Positions 10,070 to 19,702 of a stretch of DNA of 64,000 nucleotides are shown here, piece by piece. The position numbers were made by a program, and so were the translations under genes. The notes under the pieces are model-generated. The model saw nothing but the letters and a program-made list of their open reading frames with translations, was not told the DNA's origin and searched no databases. Each line of letters begins with the position of its first letter. The stretch's first letter is position 1. The DNA is taken from the NCBI GenBank assembly GCA_963674755.2, contig CAXXVS010000002.1, positions 1,920,001 to 1,984,000 on the forward strand, read 5' to 3'. The stretch is from Desulfobacterales bacterium. Its GTDB lineage: Bacteria; Desulfobacterota; Desulfobacteria; Desulfobacterales; UBA5852.

Positions 10070-11134
10070 TTATGGCCTCGAAGGAAACGGTACCCCAACC
10101 CGCTCGCCCTCGCGCACCAGGGAAGCCACCACGTCCGGTGTCAGCGGAATCCCGGTCGTCCGGCGCACCTGCTCGTTCAGCGCTTCCGGCTCACCCGGCA
10201 TGCGGATCGCGTCGACCCCCGCCGCCCGGGGTTGGGCCTTCACCCGCGCCACAAGGGTTTCCATGCGGGCCTCGAACTGCGCCCGAGGCATGAAGAGGTC
10301 GGCTTTGAAGGCCAGGAAGAAATGCCCCGTTCCCTGGGGACCGTCCAGTCCGGTAAAGGGGTTGCGGGTCTCGCCGCCAAAGGCGGCCCCCGTGAAAACG
10401 CCGCTCAGCACATCCATCAGCATGGAAAGACCGGCCCCCTTGACGCCGCCCATGGGCAGCACGACGCCCTCGAAGGCTTCCGCCCCGTCGGTGGTGGGCC
10501 GGCCGTGCCGGTCCAGGGCGAGCCCCTCCGGGATGGCATCGCCCCGCTGGGCGGCAAACTTCAATTTGCCCCGGGCCACCACCGAGCAGGCCATGTCCAA
10601 CACGAAGGGCGACGCCTGCCCCGCCGGGGCGCCCGCCGCAAACGGGCTGGTGCCCAGGAAGGGCGCCCGGCCGCCCCACACGGGCAGGGCCGGTGAGGCA
10701 TTCGTGAAGGCCAGTCCCACGCAGCCGCCTTCGACCGCCTGGAGGATGTAAAGGGCGGCCATGCCGTAGTGGCCGCTGCGGTTTACCCCGGCCAGGCCCA
10801 GGCCGCACTCTCCGGCAATGGCAATGGCTTCAGCCATGGCCCGGCGTCCCACCACCAGACCGAGACCGTCGTCACCGTCCACCAGGGCCGCGGCCGGGGC
10901 CACGCGGTTAATTTTGATGTCCGGAGTGGGATTGGCGACTCCCCGCCGCAGGCGTTCGCAATACATGGGCACCCGGGCCACACCATGGGAATCGACTCCC
11001 CGCAGATTGGCTTTCACCAGGGCCCGGGCCGCGGTCCGGGCGTCGTGGGCCGACAGGCTGTAGCCGGCAAAGACCTCGGCCAGCCAGGTTTCCAGTTCTT
11101 GCCAGGCCACATTGATCGACTGATCCGGTTGCAC
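10070..11134 (-). CDS. Ldh_2 family oxidoreductase (malate/L-lactate/sulfolactate/ureidoglycolate dehydrogenase type)
   Basis: LRGVDSHGV, SGHYG, GTSPFA, VLDMA, KGAGL, MPGE; GTG start after AAGGAGG. Confidence 0.88.
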   Translation of the reverse strand: MQPDQSINVAWQELETWLAEVFAGYSLSAHDARTAARALVKANLRGVDSHGVARVPMYCERLRRGVANPTPDIKINRVAPAAALVDGDDGLGLVVGRRAMAEAIAIAGECGLGLAGVNRSGHYGMAALYILQAVEGGCVGLAFTNASPALPVWGGRAPFLGTSPFAAGAPAGQASPFVLDMACSVVARGKLKFAAQRGDAIPEGLALDRHGRPTTDGAEAFEGVVLPMGGVKGAGLSMLMDVLSGVFTGAAFGGETRNPFTGLDGPQGTGHFFLAFKADLFMPRAQFEARMETLVARVKAQPRAAGVDAIRMPGEPEALNEQVRRTTGIPLTPDVVASLVREGERVGVPFPSRP

Positions 11135-11244
11135 GAACACCTCCTTCCGGGCGTCTTTGCAGGTCAAACGCCCCTGTTGGGCTGCTTGCGAACGCCTGTA
11201 AAGTCTTTTCGCATCCCCGCCGAATCGACGGGAGCGCCCATCCG

Positions 11245-11736
11245 CTATCCGTCACGCGGCAAAAAAAGGTCGGCGGTCCGGGTGTCGGGATCCTCCCGGG
11301 CCGCGACGCCTTCGGGGGCGACTTCCAGAATAGCCACCACGACCTTGATGCCGCAGATCGTTTCATGGGTCAGGTGCCCTCCCATGGTGGCCACCGTATT
11401 CCCCTCCACGAGAGAGGCGGCAAAGTGGGCGTGAATTTCGGCCCCGCCGGCGGCTTGTGGTGCAATCCATCCGGTCAGGGATACCAGTTCCATGGGACGC
11501 GTGATTTCCAGATAAAGGCGGTCCTCGGGTCTGACCGGAAATTGCCGGGGGAAATGTCTCAGGTTCCGGAAGACAGCCTTTTCCAAGGCGCCCAGTCCGG
11601 AAACGATGACCCCGGCCCGGATCTCCTCGCTTTGAACCGCTTCTTCGATGGCGCCCAGCAGGGGCGCCCCCCGTCGGGCGCGAAACTGCACCACCCGCCC
11701 GACGGCCTGACTGCCGATCTGGTCAATCCTTGTCAT
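11245..11736 (-). CDS. PPC/DUF296 domain protein
   Basis: SGLGAL, ELVSLTG, HAH, GGHL; GAGGAGG RBS before ATG 11736. Confidence 0.85.
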   Translation of the reverse strand: MTRIDQIGSQAVGRVVQFRARRGAPLLGAIEEAVQSEEIRAGVIVSGLGALEKAVFRNLRHFPRQFPVRPEDRLYLEITRPMELVSLTGWIAPQAAGGAEIHAHFAASLVEGNTVATMGGHLTHETICGIKVVVAILEVAPEGVAAREDPDTRTADLFLPRDG

Positions 11737-12152
11737 GACGCGCCTCCTCCTCTTCAACTGGTGATGGTATGCCAATGATCAACCGCACCCGCTGGCATGG
11801 CGCAACCGGCAGGCATGGGCAACCTTGAAACGCAAATGTGGAACCGATTGCCTGCGGTTTGCAATAGACGTGCACAGAATGCGCTTGATCCGCTGTGGTA
11901 AATGGAGAAACCGTGCCGTGGGCAACCTGGCGGTTAGCCCGGCTATTTTATGAAAGTTGGGACGCATGCCATTGGCGGTTTGGATTAAAGCGGCAGAAAA
12001 AGAAGGGCGGCCTTTGGGGGAGATAGAGGAGAAATCGAAGCGCGCCTACGACCATGAAACCGTGTGCCTGAAAACGGTCGGGCCCCACTTGCGCGGCCGG
12101 CGCCAGGCATAAAAGGGACGGATCTCAAAGCAGAAAGACCACTTGATTGAAA

Positions 12153-12441
12153 TAGTGCCCCTCCGGAGGTGGTCGATTTTGGTTTCTGGTCCCGCCGCAC
12201 AGCGCGGGATTTCACGCCTGATCTTAAAAACTGCGGTGTTCAACAAAGCCGCAGACGACTGGCGTCCCGCTGGGCGGGACTTCCCATCTGATTGATTTTT
12301 CAACGGTGGGTGCCCACAGGCGTAGCCGGGCTACGCCGAGGACCGACAGGAGGCGAGAACGCCAGCCTGTCCGCCAAAGGTGGATTTGGTCCACCGGCGG
12401 CGGGCCAGGGGCCAGAAGATGCCATTTATGGATGGGCCCTA
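12153..12441 (-). repeat. Palindromic MITE-like element, copy A (long form)
   Basis: Nearly identical to 40937-41224; imperfect terminal inverted repeats TAGTGCCCCTCCGGAGGTGG / CCATTTATGGATGGGCCCTA; 20 bp downstream of the tctA stop. Confidence 0.85.
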
Positions 12442-12461
12442 AATAGCAAATTGGCAAGATG

Positions 12462-14006
12462 TTAAGCGTTGAAACGGTCCCCCGCCCTTCTGCTCTTGCG
12501 GAAAGCCAGGATCATCTGAGCCACGGGCATCACGAGAAATCCCAGGGTCATCAGGTTAATGACCATGGTGACGGGACGCTGCCACAAAAAGGCAATGGAA
12601 CCGTTGTAAATTTCAAGCGAGCGTCTGAGATTGTCCTCCATCAACCCTCCCAGAATGAATCCCAGCAGTATCGGCGCCATGGGGTAGTTCAAGAGCCTCG
12701 CCACCAGGGCGACGGCAGCAATCGCCACCATCATCTCGATATCGAAAGTATTGAAGGTCACCAGGTAGACGCCGATGATCGAGAAGAAAAAGATGCAGGG
12801 GATGAGGATGTTTTTGGGCACGGCCAGGAGACGCGCAAAATAGGGAATCAACGGCAGGTTGAGAATGAGCAGGAACACATTGCCCAAATACATGGACATG
12901 ATGACGGCCCAGAAGACTTCGGGCCGTTCCACGAACATCCGCGGGCCGGGCTCGATGCCGTAGGCGATCAAGGCCCCCAGCATCACGGCCGTGGTTCCGG
13001 AGCCCGGTATCCCCAGAGTCAAAAGCGGAACGAAAGACCCGGAACTCGCCGCATTGTTGCCCGTTTCCGGTGCCGACAAGCCGATGATGCTCCCCTTGCC
13101 GAACTCTTCCCGGTCTTCTTTGGAGGCCAGGTTGCGCTCCATTCCGTAGGAAAGGAACGAGCCCAGCGTGGCCCCGGCGCCGGGCAGGGCCCCGATGAAA
13201 AACCCCAACAGGGAACAGCGGCCCATGGTGGGCAGGATTTTTTTAAACTCTTTTTTGGTAACCTTGAGATCGCTGATGCTGCCGACGTTTTCCGATTTGA
13301 AGACCCCCGTGGTGTCCAGGCGCTTGAGAATCATCAGCAGGCCTTCGGTGAGGGCGAACGTGGCCATGGCCAGCATCAGAAAACTGATGCCGTCGAGCAG
13401 GTCCAGGCTCCCAAAGGTATAGCGCTGGACGCCCGAGGTCTGATCCGTTCCCACGGTGGACAGCATCAACCCGACCACGACCATCAAAACCGCCTTTAAA
13501 AAGCCCCCCTTGCCTGCGAAGGCGGACACCGCCGTGAGCCCCATGACCATCAGGGCGAAATAATCGGATGACTGGAAGCTTTTGGCAACCGAGGCCATCA
13601 TGGGCGCCGCGATCATCAGCAGGATCACGGCCACGGTACCCCCTGTGAAGGAGGAATACGCGGCGATGGCCAGGGCTTTACCCGGCTTGCCCTTTTGGGC
13701 CATGGGGTAGCCGTCGAAGGCGGTTGCCACGGTGGCGGCTTCGCCCGGCGCATTGATCAGGATCGAACATGTGGATCCGCCGAAGATGGCGCCATAATAT
13801 ACGCCGGCCAGCAGTACCATACCGGTGGCGGGATTCAACCCGTAGGTCACGGGAATCATCAACGCCACGGCGGTAATCGGCCCAAGCCCCGGCAGCATGC
13901 CGATAAAGCTGCCGATAAAGCATCCAAAGAGCACCACCACGATATTGACGGGGATCAACGTGGTCTGGATGCCGATCCACATCCCGTCTAGCATGCCTTC
14001 CCACAT
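12462..14006 (-). CDS. tctA: Tripartite tricarboxylate transporter large permease TctA
   Basis: GMLPGLG, YYGAIFGGS, PGE...DGYPMA, GNNAA, LTLGIPGS. Confidence 0.95.
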   Translation of the reverse strand: MWEGMLDGMWIGIQTTLIPVNIVVVLFGCFIGSFIGMLPGLGPITAVALMIPVTYGLNPATGMVLLAGVYYGAIFGGSTCSILINAPGEAATVATAFDGYPMAQKGKPGKALAIAAYSSFTGGTVAVILLMIAAPMMASVAKSFQSSDYFALMVMGLTAVSAFAGKGGFLKAVLMVVVGLMLSTVGTDQTSGVQRYTFGSLDLLDGISFLMLAMATFALTEGLLMILKRLDTTGVFKSENVGSISDLKVTKKEFKKILPTMGRCSLLGFFIGALPGAGATLGSFLSYGMERNLASKEDREEFGKGSIIGLSAPETGNNAASSGSFVPLLTLGIPGSGTTAVMLGALIAYGIEPGPRMFVERPEVFWAVIMSMYLGNVFLLILNLPLIPYFARLLAVPKNILIPCIFFFSIIGVYLVTFNTFDIEMMVAIAAVALVARLLNYPMAPILLGFILGGLMEDNLRRSLEIYNGSIAFLWQRPVTMVINLMTLGFLVMPVAQMILAFRKSRRAGDRFNA

Positions 14007-14488
14007 TATTTGATCACTCCTATCATGTAGAAAATCTCACCTGGCGCGATGTACATCCCCAGGATGTAGGACATCAGGAAGAACAGCCCGATGACCAGCG
14101 GTACGGAGGCCAATACCATCACTTTGAGGCTTCGCTCACCGAGAATATAAAAACCGGTATTCAAGAAAAGAATCGAGGAGATGATGAACCCCAGCCATTT
14201 CATGATCAGCCCGTAGATGACGGTGATGCCGAGAAACCAGATGGCCCTTTGCCAGTCCAGCCCGGCGAAAACCTCTTTCAGGCTCCGACGGCCTTCCGCT
14301 TCGATGGTCGGCAGCAGAATAATCAAAAGCGATATCACCACGCCGGCAATGCCCAGGGCAAAGGGCATGGTGCGGGCATTGATGACCTCATCCTGCGATA
14401 GAAAGGTCAGGGGAATCGTGAAGGCGCCCAGTCCGTAGGCCACGGAAAAGAGCAGACACAGGAAAGCCCCGATTTTTTCACTGTTCAT
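14006..14488 (-). CDS. tctB: Tripartite tricarboxylate transporter small subunit TctB
   Basis: 160-aa multi-TM protein between tctC and tctA. Confidence 0.88.
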   Translation of the reverse strand: MNSEKIGAFLCLLFSVAYGLGAFTIPLTFLSQDEVINARTMPFALGIAGVVISLLIILLPTIEAEGRRSLKEVFAGLDWQRAIWFLGITVIYGLIMKWLGFIISSILFLNTGFYILGERSLKVMVLASVPLVIGLFFLMSYILGMYIAPGEIFYMIGVIK

Positions 14489-14589
14489 AGGTGTTGCCCC
14501 CGTTGGGCGGGACCGTCGACGACATATTCATGTGCGGCGTGCGACGATCCCGCGTGGCACTAGCAAAAACGATCCATTCCGGACGGGCA

Positions 14590-15588
14590 TTATTTGATGA
14601 ATCCCATGGTCCGCATCAACCCGCCGATCATCTTTTCCTGCTTTTCCAGAAAGGCGTAGAATTCTTTGCCCGGTTTGTAGAGGTTCTGCCAGCCGTGGCT
14701 TTTCCGGATGGCTTCCCATTCCGGGGTTCCATACATCGCTTTCAACATCTGCTCAAAGGCCAGCGCCCGTTCAGCAGGCAGCCCTGGAGCGCCGAAAAAT
14801 CCGCGCCAATTGGCGAAGGTGGCATCGTAGCCCAATTCCGTGAGGGTCGGGACATCCGGTGTGGCGGCCAATCGCTCCTCGGAGGTGACGGCCAGAATGC
14901 GCACCTCGTCCTGCCTGGCCAAACCCACCGCTTCTGAATAGCCCGTGGACAACACCTGGGTATCTCCGGATAAAAGGCCGGCCATGGCTTTTCCACCGGC
15001 ATCATAGGGAACGTATTTGACTTTCAGCGGATCGCCGCCGGCCGCCTGAAAGGCCATCGCGGCCACGATATGGTCCATCCCCCCCTTGACCGATCCACCG
15101 GCAATGCGAACCGATGTGGGATCCTTTTTGAAATCATCCACAACCTGCGTCCAGGTTTGATATTTGGAGTTGCTGGGCACCACAAAGGCCGCATAGTCGG
15201 CGATCACCGATGCAATGGGTGTCAAGTCCCGGAACGACTGGGGGAACACGCCCGTAAGCGAGCGGATGATGATGGGCGTGGAATTGACCATGAGGGTGTC
15301 CTGCTGGCGTTTGGCCGTTGAGATCATGTAGTTGAGGGCCTTGCCGCCGCCACCGCCGGACATGTTCTCAAACGAGGCGTGTTTGATGATACCGGCATCC
15401 ATCAGGGCCTTGCCCACGCCCCGGGCGGTACCGTCCCATCCGCCGCCGGCGCCGCCGGGAATCAGAAAATGCACTTTCTCAGGCCAATCTCCGGCGCCGA
15501 CCGGAACGGCAAACACCATTGCGGCCATCAGGATCACAGCCACCATCCATTTTCCGTGCAAAAGCCATTTTCGGGGAATCGCTTGCAT
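14590..15588 (-). CDS. tctC: Tripartite tricarboxylate transporter substrate-binding protein TctC
   Basis: Signal peptide; PGGAGGGWD, ENMSGGGG, VPYDAGG, NWRG; AGGAGG RBS. Confidence 0.92.
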   Translation of the reverse strand: MQAIPRKWLLHGKWMVAVILMAAMVFAVPVGAGDWPEKVHFLIPGGAGGGWDGTARGVGKALMDAGIIKHASFENMSGGGGGKALNYMISTAKRQQDTLMVNSTPIIIRSLTGVFPQSFRDLTPIASVIADYAAFVVPSNSKYQTWTQVVDDFKKDPTSVRIAGGSVKGGMDHIVAAMAFQAAGGDPLKVKYVPYDAGGKAMAGLLSGDTQVLSTGYSEAVGLARQDEVRILAVTSEERLAATPDVPTLTELGYDATFANWRGFFGAPGLPAERALAFEQMLKAMYGTPEWEAIRKSHGWQNLYKPGKEFYAFLEKQEKMIGGLMRTMGFIK

Positions 15589-15719
15589 TTCATTCCTCCT
15601 TTCGTCACCGCGTTGTTGGGCCGCTGCCACGCAAAGGCAACGGTGCTATCAAAGGCGGGGGGCCCGGCCTAAAAGAGTTGATGGCCGGCCGTTCCGTGTT
15701 GTTAGGGAGGGATCATGGC

Positions 15720-16913
15720 TTACCGGATTTCGATAATGCCGTTTGCAATTAACCCCTCGATCTCGTCGGTCGTGTACCCGCACCGGCGATAAAAATCCCG
15801 GGAGCCCTCTCCGATGCCCGGCGGATGGGATCGGAGATCGAATCCGGAGCCATCGAGCCGCAACGGGATTTTCGGCAGCTTCACCGTTGCCCCTTCGGGG
15901 ATTTTCGTCGTGACCAGGCCGCCGGATTGGTTCAAGTGCGGGTCTTCAAACAAATCCTGGGGGCGATTAACCGGGGCAAAGGGGATGCCGGCCTGCTCGG
16001 CCAGCGCCATCAGCTGTGCTTTGGGGACCCCCCCCAGCCGACGGCGCAGCTCCGGCAAAAACCACTCCTGAGCCTCGATCCGACCCTGGTTGGATGCCAG
16101 CCGGTCATCGGCCGCCCAGTCGGTGAACTGGAAGGTATCGCACATCCGCTTCCAATGCCGATCCGAGGTAATGCCGATGAATACCTGCTCGCCATCCGCC
16201 GTCTGGAAAAGATCGTAGATCGACCAGGCACGGCCCCGCTCGGGCATGGGGGGCGGCGCCTCACCGCTGACCGCGGCTACGGCCATATGCTGCCCCACCA
16301 GGAAGGCCACCGACTCGAAGAGCGAGGCCTGCACCAGTTGACCCCGGCCCGTAAACTCGCGCTGGTATAACGCTGCCAGGATTCCGATCGCACCATAGCT
16401 GCCGCCCAGGATGTCGGTCACCGAAGCCCCTGCCCGCAGCGGCCGGCCGGCTGGTCCGGTCATGTAGGCCAGCCCGCCCATCATCTGAACCACCTCGTCC
16501 AGGGCCGGACGCTGGGCATAAGGACCGGGCATAAAGCCTTTCAGGGAACAGTAAATCAAGCGGGGATTGCAGCGGGAACAGACGTCGTAACCCACCCCGA
16601 GCCGTTCAACCGTGCCGGGACCGAAGTTTTCAACCAGCACGTCAGCCTGGGCCACCAGCTTCAGCAGAAGCTCCCGTCCCTTGTCGGATTTCAAATCGAT
16701 CGCGAGGCTTTTTTTATTGCGGTTGAAACAGGTAAAAAAACCCGAGCCGAACCCCTTGAGCCACCGCGTGTCGTCACCCATGCCGGTGCGCTCGACCTTA
16801 TAGACATCCGCGCCCATGTCGGCCAGCACGAGGCCGCAGGTCGGGCCCATGACCGTATGTCCTAGTTCCAGGACGGTAATGCCCTCCAGCGGCAGGGACT
16901 GCTGGTTTTGCAT
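15720..16913 (-). CDS. Family III CoA-transferase (CaiB/BaiF)
   Basis: PLEGITVLELG, LADMGADV, NRNKKS, ENFGPG, ALDEVVQ; start MQNQQ after AGGAG. Confidence 0.92.
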   Translation of the reverse strand: MQNQQSLPLEGITVLELGHTVMGPTCGLVLADMGADVYKVERTGMGDDTRWLKGFGSGFFTCFNRNKKSLAIDLKSDKGRELLLKLVAQADVLVENFGPGTVERLGVGYDVCSRCNPRLIYCSLKGFMPGPYAQRPALDEVVQMMGGLAYMTGPAGRPLRAGASVTDILGGSYGAIGILAALYQREFTGRGQLVQASLFESVAFLVGQHMAVAAVSGEAPPPMPERGRAWSIYDLFQTADGEQVFIGITSDRHWKRMCDTFQFTDWAADDRLASNQGRIEAQEWFLPELRRRLGGVPKAQLMALAEQAGIPFAPVNRPQDLFEDPHLNQSGGLVTTKIPEGATVKLPKIPLRLDGSGFDLRSHPPGIGEGSRDFYRRCGYTTDEIEGLIANGIIEIR

Positions 16914-16996
16914 GCGCCTTCTCCTGTGTGTCGTTTGGATCGTTATGATTGATCTGAGTCCTCCATCAGCGGTAGAGGGCTCAAAGCGATACGAAT

Positions 16997-17012
16997 TGCA
17001 AAGGGGAGGCCA
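16997..17012 (-). promoter_or_regulatory. Sigma-54 promoter for the CoA-transferase/tctCBA operon
   Basis: Minus strand TGGCCTCCCCTTTGCA, canonical GG-N10-GC. Confidence 0.7.
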
Positions 17013-17096
17013 AACATGCCAAAAGGTTATAACCGACTGTTTAATCAGATAAATTCTGAAAAACCGCATGACCAACAACACTAGAGTGCGCCGAAA

Positions 17097-17146
17097 ATCT
17101 GAAAAAAACAGTCCAAAAAAAATGGAACTGTCTGAAAAAATCAGAC
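17097..17146. promoter_or_regulatory. Tandem A-tract palindromes, putative enhancer sites of the NtrC-type regulator
   Basis: GTCTGA-AAAAA-TCAGAC (17130-17146) preceded by GTCCA-A7-TGGAAC and TCTG-A7-CAG; about 85-135 bp upstream of the sigma-54 promoter. Confidence 0.55.
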
Positions 17147-17226
17147 CATTCCATCGCCCCGCATTGACCGTCAACACCCGGGGCGGATACGTTGCTTCGT
17201 ATCAAGGAACCTGATATCAAGCTCCC

Positions 17227-18189
17227 ATGATACGTTTGGTTCTATCGGTCATCTGTCTTTGGTGGACCATCGGGGTTTCACCGGCCTGGGGCTACCGGAT
17301 TGCCATTTTCGATTTCGATGACCGACATCCATTCCCCGATGAACTGGGACGCCATATCGAATCCCGCCTCGAAGCCCTGCTGGATGACGCTGTCGTGGAG
17401 CACTTTTGCGGCCGAGGCGATGAAAAACGCGCCGTTCGAATCCTGGTCGGCATCGAACAGCAGGGTTTCGACCTGGCCATCGTTCGCACCTCGGACGCAC
17501 TCATCGTCGCCCAGCACACCCTCTTCAACACCCCGACGCTCTACACCAATGCCAACAATCCTCTGATTCTGGGGTTTCACACCCTGGGGCCGCCCGGCGG
17601 CAACATATCAGGCGTCTCCTATTACATCCCCATCGAAAAGCGCTTGCGTGTCTACCGGGTTCTCCAGCCGTCACTGCAGCACCCCGGCTTCATCTTCGAT
17701 CTCAACAACCAGTCCTGCCACGCCGAAATACCGGAAACCCAGGAGGCCTGCGCCCGGTTAGGGCTGACCTTTGATGTCGAGTTCGTCGAAACGACCGCCC
17801 AGCTCCCCCAGGCCGCCCGGGCCCTCATCGGGCGAGGTGCCGATGCGGTGGTGGCCGCGACCAGCGGGATGATCTATGAAAACATCGATACCTTCATCGA
17901 TGTTACCGATCAGGCCGGCATCCCGATTTATTCGTTTTACAAGACAGGCGTTCAGCAGGGGGCGGTGGCCGCCATGTCCAGCGATTTTTTTCAGATGGCG
18001 GACGAACTTCTGCTGCCCATGGCGGTAAGGGTGTTGCGGGACAAGGTCAGTCCGGGGGACATGCCGGCCGCCTTCCTGGAAAGAAACAAAGTGTTTATCA
18101 ACATCGGCCAGGCCCGCAAACTCCATCTCACCATTCCGGATCGCATCCGCCTCGATACTTCCGATCTCATTATCGAGAAAATTCCCTGA
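17227..18189 (+). CDS. ABC_sub_bind-like periplasmic binding protein (no permease nearby)
   Basis: Signal peptide; NP..LG, PGGNISGVS, GAVAA, INIGQARKL. Confidence 0.75.
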   Translation: MIRLVLSVICLWWTIGVSPAWGYRIAIFDFDDRHPFPDELGRHIESRLEALLDDAVVEHFCGRGDEKRAVRILVGIEQQGFDLAIVRTSDALIVAQHTLFNTPTLYTNANNPLILGFHTLGPPGGNISGVSYYIPIEKRLRVYRVLQPSLQHPGFIFDLNNQSCHAEIPETQEACARLGLTFDVEFVETTAQLPQAARALIGRGADAVVAATSGMIYENIDTFIDVTDQAGIPIYSFYKTGVQQGAVAAMSSDFFQMADELLLPMAVRVLRDKVSPGDMPAAFLERNKVFINIGQARKLHLTIPDRIRLDTSDLIIEKIP

Positions 18190-18250
18190 GGTATCGCCGC
18201 GCTGCGCCAGCCCTCCCGCCGGACGGCAAACAATCGGAGGCCGGGGGCCT

Positions 18251-19702
18251 TCAGGCGCCGGGCTTGCGGATCCCGTATTGTTTCAGCAATTGGTAAAGCC
18301 GGGCGCGTTTTAAACCCGAGACGGCGCAGGCCTTGTCCATATCGGCGCGGCAGTGTTCGACGAGTCGTTCCAGATAATCGCGTTCCACCTTTGCGATGGC
18401 TTCGGCCCGATACTGTTTCAGCGCCGGAAAGGCGGTTTCCCCGGCCCGCAACAACGCCGCCGGATCGGCGTGCGGTCCGTCGCAGGGACTCGTCCGCTGG
18501 CGGATATGCTGGGCCCGGATGTATTCCGGCAGGTGTTTGGGATAGAGCGTCGGGCAGGCCGGCTCCATGACCAGGGCACTCTCCACGGTATTGATCAATT
18601 CACGCACGTTGCCCGGCCAGTGATAGCGCATCAGAACATCCAGGAATTCATGCGAAGGGTCTTTGGCCGGCCCGCCGGACCGTTCGCCAAAAGTTTCCAC
18701 GGTGTGGGCCACGATGTCGCGAATATCCTTTTTGCGGTCGCGCAACGCCGGGAGTTCGATCATAAAGGTCCGCAGCCGGAAGAAAAGATCCCGCCGGAAG
18801 CGCTTCTGCTCGACATCCGATTCCAGGTCGCGATTGGTGGCGGAAATCAGCCGGAAATTGCTGCCCACCTCGGTATTACCCCCCACCGGAAGACAGGTCT
18901 TCTCCTGCAGCACCCGCAGAAACGTTTTCTGCATGGCCAGCGGCAATTCGCCCACCTCGTCCAGAAACAGGGTACCGCCGTCGGCCTTCTTGATCAGCCC
19001 CTGGCGCGCCTTTTGCGCACCCGTGAAGGCGCCCCGCACATGGCCGAAGAGAATACTTTCGGCCAGGGTCTGGGGCAGGGCGGCACAATCCACCACCACA
19101 AAGGCGTGGTCGGCCCGGGCACTGTTTTGATGGATGGCCCGCGCCAGCAGCTCTTTACCGGTGCCGGTCTCGCCGCCGATCAGGACGCTGGCGTCGGTCT
19201 TGGCGGCATGGCTCATGAGAACGAGGCACATGAAAAGCTTCGAGCTATGGCCGATGATGCCGCATCGATCGACCGCCAGCGGTTCCGCGAAGGATGCTTT
19301 CTGCCGGCGATATTGGAGGGCCCTCTTCAGGGATAGCCGCAGGTCGTTGATACGGGCCGGTTTTTCGATATAATCCCACACGCCGCTTTGTAGCGCCACT
19401 TTGGCGCCGCCTTTGTCCCCGTACCCCGTAATGATGATGACCTCCGGCGCACGCGGTATGGCCTGGAGGGCGGGGACACAGCTCAGACCGCTGCCGTCGG
19501 GGAGTCGGACATCGAGGAAAATCACGTCAAACGCTCCCGACAAGGCCAGGGAAAGTCCTTCCGCCACGGTTCCGGCGGTTCGAGCTTCAAACCCCTCCTC
19601 TTGGACCATGCGCGCCAGGGTGTAGCACATCCCCTCATCGTCATCCACGATCAGGATCGCGGTCGCCTGGGGTGCCTCCTCTTCCATTTTATCGTTTTTC
19701 AT
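18251..19702 (-). CDS. NtrC-type sigma-54-dependent response regulator
   Basis: Receiver (VDDD, D.RLPD), GETGTGKE, GAFTGA, WPGNVREL, HTH. Confidence 0.93.
   Translation of the reverse strand: MKNDKMEEEAPQATAILIVDDDEGMCYTLARMVQEEGFEARTAGTVAEGLSLALSGAFDVIFLDVRLPDGSGLSCVPALQAIPRAPEVIIITGYGDKGGAKVALQSGVWDYIEKPARINDLRLSLKRALQYRRQKASFAEPLAVDRCGIIGHSSKLFMCLVLMSHAAKTDASVLIGGETGTGKELLARAIHQNSARADHAFVVVDCAALPQTLAESILFGHVRGAFTGAQKARQGLIKKADGGTLFLDEVGELPLAMQKTFLRVLQEKTCLPVGGNTEVGSNFRLISATNRDLESDVEQKRFRRDLFFRLRTFMIELPALRDRKKDIRDIVAHTVETFGERSGGPAKDPSHEFLDVLMRYHWPGNVRELINTVESALVMEPACPTLYPKHLPEYIRAQHIRQRTSPCDGPHADPAALLRAGETAFPALKQYRAEAIAKVERDYLERLVEHCRADMDKACAVSGLKRARLYQLLKQYGIRKPGA

Noticed and set aside
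11860..11875. Sigma-54-like box GTGCACGTCTATTGCA (minus strand) upstream of the PPC gene
   Set aside because: Lacks the essential -24 GG.
11985..12457. Short ORFs here with look-alikes at 35018-35594 and 40899-41222
   Set aside because: They are translations of the repeated MITE-like element, not genes.
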